64,000 bases of DNA from the NCBI RefSeq assembly GCF_016432865.1, contig NC_067400.1, forward strand, positions 624,402,001 through 624,466,000. The letters run 5' to 3'. The DNA is from Antechinus flavipes (taxonomy: Eukaryota). A program made the position numbers and the translations under genes. How positions within the stretch are numbered: position 1 is the stretch's first letter; every line of letters starts with the position of its first letter. The notes beneath the pieces were generated by a model, which was not told the DNA's origin, made no database searches, and saw only the letters and a list, made by a program, of their open reading frames with translations. Positions 56,330 to 64,000 of this stretch are shown piece after piece.

Positions 56330-58270
56330 CATGTTGCAGATGATATGATGGTATACTTAGAGAACCCTAGAGAATCAACTAAAAACTACTAGAAACAATT
56401 CACAATTTTAGCAAAGTTGCAGGATACAAAATAAATACACATAAATCATCAGCATTTTTATATATTACCAACAAAGTTCAGCAGCAAAAGATAAAGAGAA
56501 ATTCCACTTAAAATAACTATTGATAGTATAAAATATATGGGAATCTACCTGCCAAGGCAAAGTCAGGAACTACACAAACACAACTACAAAACACTTTCCA
56601 CACAAATAAAGTCAGATCTAATCAGTTGGAAAAATATCAAGTGCTCACAGGTAGCCTGAATGAATATAATAAAAATGACAATACTACCTAAATTAATCTA
56701 CTAATTTAGTGCCATACCAAACTCCCAAGAAATTATCTTACAGAGCTAAAAAATAATAATAATAATAACAAAGTTCCTCTGAAAGAACAAAAGGTCAAGA
56801 ATGTCAAGGAAATCAATGAAAAAATGCAAATGAAGAATTAATTGGGTCAGACCTAAAACTATATTATAGAGCAGTGGATATCAAAACCATTTGGTACTGG
56901 CTAAGAAATAGAGCAGTTGATCAATGGAATAGGTTAAGTTCACAGGACAAGACAGGCAATGACTATAGTAATCTAGTGTTTGACAAACCCAAAGACCCAG
57001 ATTTTGGAATAAGAATTCACTATTTGACAAAAACTGCTGGCAAAATTGGAAACTAGTATGGCAGAAGGTAGGCATAGACCCACACCTAACACCATATACT
57101 AACATAAGGTTGAAATGGGTTCATGATCTAGACATAAAGAGCGATATTAAAAACAAATTAGAAGAACAAAGGATAGTTTACCTTTCAGAGCTGTGGAGAA
57201 GGAAGGAATCCATGGTTAAAGAAGAACAGGAGCTCATTATTGATCACAAAATAGATAATTTTGATTATATTAAGTTAAGAAGGTTTTGTACAAACAAAAC
57301 AAATGCAGCCAAGATTAGAAGGAAACAGTAAACTGGGAAAACATTTTTATATTCAGAGATTCTGATAAAGTCCTTATTTCTAAAATATATTGAGAATTAA
57401 CTCAAATTTATAAGAATTCAAGCCATTCTCCAATCAATAAATAGGCAAAGGATATGAACAATTTTCAGATGAAGAAATTGAAGCTATTTCTAATTATATG
57501 AAAAAGTGATCTAAATCACTATTGATCAAAGAACTGCAAATTAAGACAACTCTGAGATACCTGTCAGAGTGGCTAAGATGAAGGAAAAGATAATGATGAA
57601 TGTTGGAAGGGATGCTGAAAAACTGGGACACTCCTGCATTGTTGGTGAAGTTGCGAATACATCCAGCCATTCTGGAGAGCAATTTGGAACTAGGCTCAAA
57701 AAGTTATCAAACTGTGCATACCCTTTGATTCAGCAGTGTTACTCGTGGGCTTATATCCCAAAGAGATCTTAAAGAAGAGAAAGGGATCTGTATGTACACG
57801 AATATTTTTGGAAGCCTTCTTTGTAGTGGCCAGAAACTGGAAACTGAGTGGATGCCCATCCATTGGAGAATGGCTGAATAAATTGTGGTATATGAATATT
57901 ATGGAATATTACTGTTCTGTAAGGAATGACCAGCCAGAAGATTTCAGAAAGGCCTGGAGAGACTTATAGGAACTGATGCTGAGTGAAACGAGCAGGACCA
58001 GGAGATCATTGTACATTTAAACAATACTATGTGAGGATCAATTCTGATGGACATGGCCCTCTTCAACAATGAGATGATTCAAACCAGTTCCAATAGAGCA
58101 GTAATGAACTGAACCAACTACACCCAGAGAGAGGACTGTGGGAATTGAGGGTGGACCACAACATAGCATTCTCACTTCTTCTGTTGTTTGCTTGAATTTT
58201 ATTTTCTTTCTCTTTTTTTTTCCTTTTTGATCTGATTTTTCTTGTGCAGCAAGGTAATTGCATAAACATG
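56330..58270 (+). mobile_element. Older 5'-truncated L1 (from the RT ADDM motif to the 3' UTR), degraded
   Basis: [43 protein letters not shown] and NKLWYMNIMEYY; multiple stops and frameshifts. Confidence 0.9.
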
Positions 58271-58370
58271 TATACCTTTTTAAAAATAAAAAGAAAATAG
58301 GCAGAACAAGGCCCAATAAGAAAGAATGAAAATAGCCATATGGCAAATTTCTATAAAGAGAACATTAAGA

Positions 58371-61300
58371 GCAAAAGAAAAGATTGATCTAATTAAAAGA
58401 GATAAGGAAGGAAACTATATCTTGCTAAAGGGCACTATAGACAATGAAGCAATATCAGTATTAAACATATATGCACCAAGTGGTATAGCATCTAACTTCC
58501 TAAAGGAGAAGTTAAGAGAGTTGCGAGAAGAAATAGACAGCAAAACTATAATAGTGGGAGATCTCAACTTGCACTCTCAGATTAAGATAAATCAAATCAT
58601 AAAACAAATAAGAAAGAAATTAAAGAGGTAAATAGAATATTAGAAAAATTAGGTATGATAGATCTCTGGAGAAAACTGAATGGTGACAGAAAGGAGAATA
58701 CTTTCTTCTCAGCAGTCCATGGAACCTACACAAAAATTGACCATCTATTAGGACATAAAGACCTCAAAATGAAATGCAAGAAGGCAGAAATAGTAAATGC
58801 TTTCTTTTCAGATCACGATGCAATAAAAACTACATTCAACAAAGTTAGGTGTAAATAGATCAAAAAGTAATTGGAAACTAAATAATCTCATCTTAAAGAA
58901 TGATGGGTGAAATAGCACATTATAGACACAATTAATAATTTCACTCAAGATAATGACAACTTTATACCAATAAATTTGATAACCTAAGCAAAATGGGTGA
59001 CTACCTCCAAAAATATAGGCTTCCCAGATTACCAGAGGAGGAAGTAAATTGCTTAAATAGTCCCATTTCAGAAAAAGAAAAAGAACAAGCTATTACTCAA
59101 CTCCCTAAAAAAAAATCCCCGGGACCAGATAGATTCACATATGAATTCTATGAAACATTCAAAGAACAATTAGCCCCAATGCTTTATAAACTATTTGAAA
59201 AAATAGGGATTGAAAGAGTCCTACCAAACTCCTTTTACGACACAGACATGGTACTGATACCTAAACCAGGTAGATTGCAAACAGAGAAAGAAAATTATAG
59301 ACCAATCTCCCTAATGAATATTGATGCTAAAATCTTAATAAGATATTAGCAAAAAGACTACTGAAAATCATCTCTAGAATAATACACCACGATCAAGTAG
59401 GATTTATACCAGGAATGCAGGGCTGGTTCAATATTAGGAAAACTATCAGTATAATTGGCCATATTAATAATCAAATTAACAAAAACCATATGATCATCTC
59501 AATAGATGCAGAAAAAGCATTTGATAAAATTCAACATCCATTCCTATTAAAAACTCCTGAGAGTATAGGAATAAATGGACTTTTCCTTAAAATAATCAGT
59601 AGCATCTATTTAAAACCAGCAGTAAGCATCATATGTAACAGGAACAAACTGCAACCATTCCCAATAAGATCAGGAATGAAACAAGGTTGCCCACTATCAC
59701 CGTTACTATTTAATATTGTATTAGAAATGCTAGCTTTGGCAATAAGAGTTGAGAAAGAGATTAAAGGAATAAAAATAGGCAATGAGGAAACCAAATTATC
59801 ACTCTTTGCTGATGATATGACAGTATACTTAGAGAACCCCAGAGACCCTACTAAAAAGTTAGTAGAAACAATCCACACCTTCAGCAAAGTTGCAGGATAC
59901 AAAATAAACCCACATAAGTCATCAGCATTCTTATATATCACTAACAAAACCCAACAGTTAGAATTACAAAAAGAAATTCCATTTAAAGTAACTACTGATT
60001 ACATAAAATATTTAGGAATCTATCTGCCAAGGGAAAATCAGAAACTTTATGAGCAAAACTACAAAACACTTTCCACACAAATTAAGTCTGATCTAACCAA
60101 CTGGAAAAATATTAAATGCTCTTGGATTGGGCGAGCAAATATAATAAAGATGACAATACTACCTAAACTAATCTATTTATTTAGTGCTATACCAATCAGA
60201 CTCCCAAAAACCTACTTTGATGACCTAGAAAAAATAACAACAAAGTTCATATGGAAAAACAAAAGGTCAAGAATTTCAAGGGAATTAATGAAAAAAAAAT
60301 CAAATGAAGGTGGACTAGCTGTACCAGATCTAAAATTATATTATAAAGCAGCAGTTATTAAAACCATCTGGTATTGGCTAAGAAATAGACTAGTTGATCA
60401 ATGGAATAGGTTAGGTTCAAAGGACAAAACAGCCAATAACTTTAATAATATAGTGTTTGACAAACCCAAAGACCCCAGTTTTTGGAATAAGAACACATTG
60501 TTTGACAAAAATTGCTGGGAAAATTGGAAACTAGTATGGCAGAAACTAGGCATTGACCCACACTTAACACCGAACACCAAGACAATGGTCAAAATGGGTT
60601 CATGACCTAGGCATAAAGAATGAGATTATAAATAAATTGGAAGAGCATAGAATAGTTTACCTCTCAGACCTGTGGAAGAGGGAGGAATTTGTGACCAAAG
60701 AAGAACTAGAGACCACTATTGACCCCAAAATAGAAAATTTTGATTATATCAAATTGAAAAGTTTTTGTACAAACAAAACAAATGCAGACAAGATTAGAAG
60801 GGAAACAATAAACTGGGAAAACATTTTTACAGTCAAAGGTTCTGATAAAGGCCTCATTTCCAAAATATAGAGAGAATTGACTCTAATTTATAAGAAATCA
60901 AACCATTCTCCAATTGATAAATGGTCAAAGGATATGAACAGACAATTCTCAGATGAAGAAATTCAAACTATTTATAGCCATATGAAAATATGCTCCAAAT
61001 CATTATTAATCAGAGAAATGCAAATTAAGACAACTCTGAGGTACCACTACATACCTGTCAGATTGGCTAGAGTGACAGGGAAAGATAATGCGGAATGTTG
61101 GAGGGGATGTGGGAAAACAGGGACGCTGATACATTGTTGGTGGAATTGTGAACACATCCAGCCATTCTGGAGAGCAATCTGGAACTATGCTCAAAAAGTT
61201 ATCAAATTGTGCACCCCCTTTGATCCAGCAGTGTTTCTACTGGGCTTATACCTCAAAGAGATACTAAAAAAGGGAAAGGGTTAGGGTTAGACCTGTATGT

Positions 61301-62030
61301 GCCAAAATGTTTGGGGCAGCCCTGTTTGTAGTGGCTAGAAACTGGAAAATGAAAGTATGTCCATCAATTGGAGAATGGTTGAGTAAATTGTGGTATATGA
61401 ATGTTATGGAATATTATTTTTCTGTAAGGAATGACCAGCAGGATGAATACAGAGAGGCTTGGAGAGACTTACATGAACTGATGCTAAGTGAAATGAAAAG
61501 AATCAGGAGATCATTATATACCTCAACAACAATACTATTTGAGGATGTATACTGATGGAAGTGGATCTCTTCGATAAAGAGAGCTAATTCAGTTTCAATT
61601 GATCAAGATGGACAGAAGCAGCTACACCCAAAGAAAGAACACTGGGAAATGAATGTAAACTGTTTGCATTTTTGTTTTTCTTCCCGGGTTATTTCTACCT
61701 TCTGAATCCCATTCTCCCTGTGCAACAAGAAAACTGTTCAGTTCTCCACACATATATTGTAACTAGGATATACTATAACCTATTCAACATGTAAAGGACG
61801 GCTTGCCATCTGGGGGAGGGGGTGGAGGGAGGGAGGAGAACAATCAGAACAGAAGTGAGTGCAATGGATAATGCTGTAAAAAATTACCCTGGCATGGGTT
61901 CTGTCAATAAAAAGTTATTAAGCAAAAAAAAAAAAAAAAAAAAAAGCTAACTGGGCCCAAGGAAAGAGATAAGACTTGGAAGGAGAAAATAAACATTTGG
62001 ATTTTATCAAAAAAAAAAAAAAAAAAAAAA
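58371..62030 (+). mobile_element. Young 5'-truncated L1 (partial endonuclease, RT, 3' UTR) with an internal deletion and a 3' transduction
   Basis: EN remnant LIKRDKEGNYILLKGTI..NIYAP; a 396-aa open RT segment (59415-60605: [20 protein letters not shown]); linker deleted near 58960; A22 at 61924-61945 and a second A22 at 62009-62030; TSD core AACATTAAGA at 58361-58370 and 62054-62063. Confidence 0.93.
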
Positions 62031-62646
62031 GAGAAAGAGAGAGAGAGAGAGAAAACATTAAGAATTTTAAATTTCAGAATGAACAGAGTCAAGAAGTTTG
62101 CTAAGAATCACAAAAAGGGGTAAGCTCACTACTACATACCTCTCAGATTGACTAAGATGACAGGAAAAAAATAATGATAATTGTTGGAGGGAATGGGGGA
62201 AAACTGGGACACCAATGCATTAGTGATGGAGTTGTGAACTGATCTAACCATTCTGGGGACTGAATGTGAATCACATTATAGTTATTTTCATCTTTTTCTG
62301 TTATTTGCTTGTTTTTTATTTATTTTCTCATTTTTTTCTTTTTTGATCTGATTTTTCTTGTGCAGTATGATAAATGTGAAATTATGTATAGAAGAACTGC
62401 ACATGTGTAACACATTGGATTCCTTGCTGTCCAGGGGAAGGGAGGGAGAAAAATTTGGAGCACAAGGTTTTGCAAGGGGGAATGTTGAAAACTAATTTTT
62501 CATATATTTTGAAATTAAAAAGCGATTATTAAAAATAAAAAGGGAATAAGGTCTTTTAAAAAGTAATATAATAATAAAAGTTATATAATAATATATAATA
62601 ACAATAAGCTATATATTTTGCTTTATTATGTAATATAACAATCCTT

Positions 62647-62860
62647 GGGCAGCTAGGTGGTTCAGTGATTAGATCACTGGGCCAGGAGTCAGGAAGATCT
62701 GAATTCAAATCCAGCCTCAGACACTTCCCAGCTGTGTGAACCCAGATAGTCACTTCACCCTCTCTGACTCCATTTCCTCCTCTCAGATGAGTTGGAAAAG
62801 CAAATGGCGCCAATACAACTCCAATGGGGTCATAGAGAGTTGGACATGATTAAAGAACAA
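62647..62860 (+). mobile_element. Mar1-type marsupial CORE-SINE (tRNA head, core, RTE-like tail)
   Basis: GGGCAGCTAGGTGGTTCAGTG..GAGTCAGGAAGATCTGAATTCAAATCCAGCCTCAGACACT..CAATGGGGTCATAGAGAGTTGGACATGA. Confidence 0.8.
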
Positions 62861-63039
62861 GAGAGATATTGTTATCCCCTTTTATAGAAGAAGGTCCCAA
62901 GGCTGGGAGGAGATAAGAGGCTGAGGCTCCCACAGTTAGGATCTGAGGCAGTCTTCCTTGATCTTAAATACAGTACTCTATGTGCTAGGCCATTGAGCTG
63001 CATCTCTTGGGGGAAAAAGGGGCGGGGGGGGGTCAAAGG

Positions 63040-63520
63040 AGGCACAAGGGGTTTGCTTGGAATGGACAGGAAAATAATGACTACAAGTGGAGAAAAAGCA
63101 GAGCTACTCACTTCCTGTTTTGTTTCTGTTTCCTCTGCCAAGAAGAATGATCTTTGCATCTGAAGCCACAAAACCGAAATGACTCCCAGGGAGTGATTCC
63201 CCGAGATAAGGAGATGGTGTGAGCAGCCCTTGGAGCCTCCTAGCCCAGATGAAACCCGTACTGGGGTCCTAAGGGACTGAGAACCCCCTCCCCCAGGTCC
63301 TAAAGGGACTAACAGACCAATCGTTAAGTAGAGGTCAGGGCCGTGTGAAAGATTTTGGGGGAGATTGTTGTGGCCAGCACAACACAGGCCAGTGGCGGCT
63401 GAAAATGAGCGGGGCTGCTGATAATTTACTGAGAGAAACCCTGCAGCTTATAGATCTTAAAACCATGTGTTACTATGAAAAGCACCGATCTGTGAGCAAC
63501 CCCGTCTGTTTTCCATGATC
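63040..63520 (+). mobile_element. L3/CR1 ORF2 fragment
   Basis: EKAELLTSCFVSVSSAK resembles CR1 EKAE.LN.FFASVF; SPDE..GVLR resembles PGPDE.HPRVLKE. Confidence 0.65.
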
Positions 63521-64000
63521 CGGCTCCCCGGAGCGTGTCATTTGTTTCCAGAGGCTCAGTCTTGGGTAAAGTTTGCAATGTCCCCGTAAATGTGCCAGGA
63601 TCTTCTGCTTTCTCATGATTTCAAGCTGAAACGCAGCTTGATTAATTTCAGGAGGAGGGGAACATCCCAGTTACCGAAGGGATCTCTCTACAGGAGATAT
63701 GGCGGAAGATGGCAGAAGAAGAATGGTAACTATGAAATAGAGCGGGAGAGCAGAAAGTTAGCAAGAAAGGGGTTTTATGGAACCTATATATTATGGAGGG
63801 CGTAGCACCCTCCAAGATCTGTAGAGAAATAAGGAGGAAGTCAAGGGTGAGGGAAGAAGATGCGGGAGGATCTCAGGGTGGGGGGAGTTAAGTAATATAG
63901 TGGGGCAAGTTAAGGAGAATTAAAGCAAAGCCAGATAGGAGATGTGTATATAATGAGTGTATATGTATATGTACGTAGCTACATGGGGATATAGAAATAT

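Noticed and set aside
59415-60605. 396-aa L1 ORF2 segment as evidence of an active element
   Set aside because: The element is 5'-truncated (no promoter or ORF1), has an internal deletion and has stops and frameshifts on both sides of this segment.

Overview
Eukaryotic, very GC-rich marsupial genomic DNA. The organism is inferred from the LH-beta sequence, Mar1-type SINEs and marsupial-type L1 3' ends; the species cannot be fixed from sequence alone. The window is syntenic with human 19q13.33. I built spliced models by hand from GT-AG junctions and frame continuity: NTF4(+), SAXO3-like(+), LHB(+), RUVBL2(-), GYS1(+), FTL(-), BAX(-), DHDH(-), NUCB1(-), TULP2(+). All are strongly compacted. Beyond about 52.4 kb the sequence becomes AT-rich and is dominated by L1, SINE and CR1 repeats. 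NTF4, SAXO3, LHB, RUVBL2, GYS1, BAX and NUCB1 are intact, and TULP2 is intact apart from an N-gap. FTL exon 1 and DHDH exon 4 each lack one base (assembly error or real loss of function). Recognisable cis-elements: the LHB SF-1/Pitx1/Egr-1/TATA promoter, the FTL IRE and ARE, the BAX intron-1 p53 element, and ZNF143 motifs. Most interesting observations: (1) a 10-copy, 62-bp minisatellite in DHDH intron 3 in which nearly every unit carries a co-oriented CTCF core motif, plus a solo copy in the DHDH 3' UTR; (2) SAXO3 has no canonical polyA signal before LHB, suggesting SAXO3-LHB read-through; (3) a TSD-bracketed L1 3' transduction; (4) a 10-nt telomeric insertion in that L1 matching the telomerase RNA template; (5) about 6 kb of unexplained CpG-rich DNA between BAX and DHDH. 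No database searches or motif scans were run; comparisons with human proteins are from memory.
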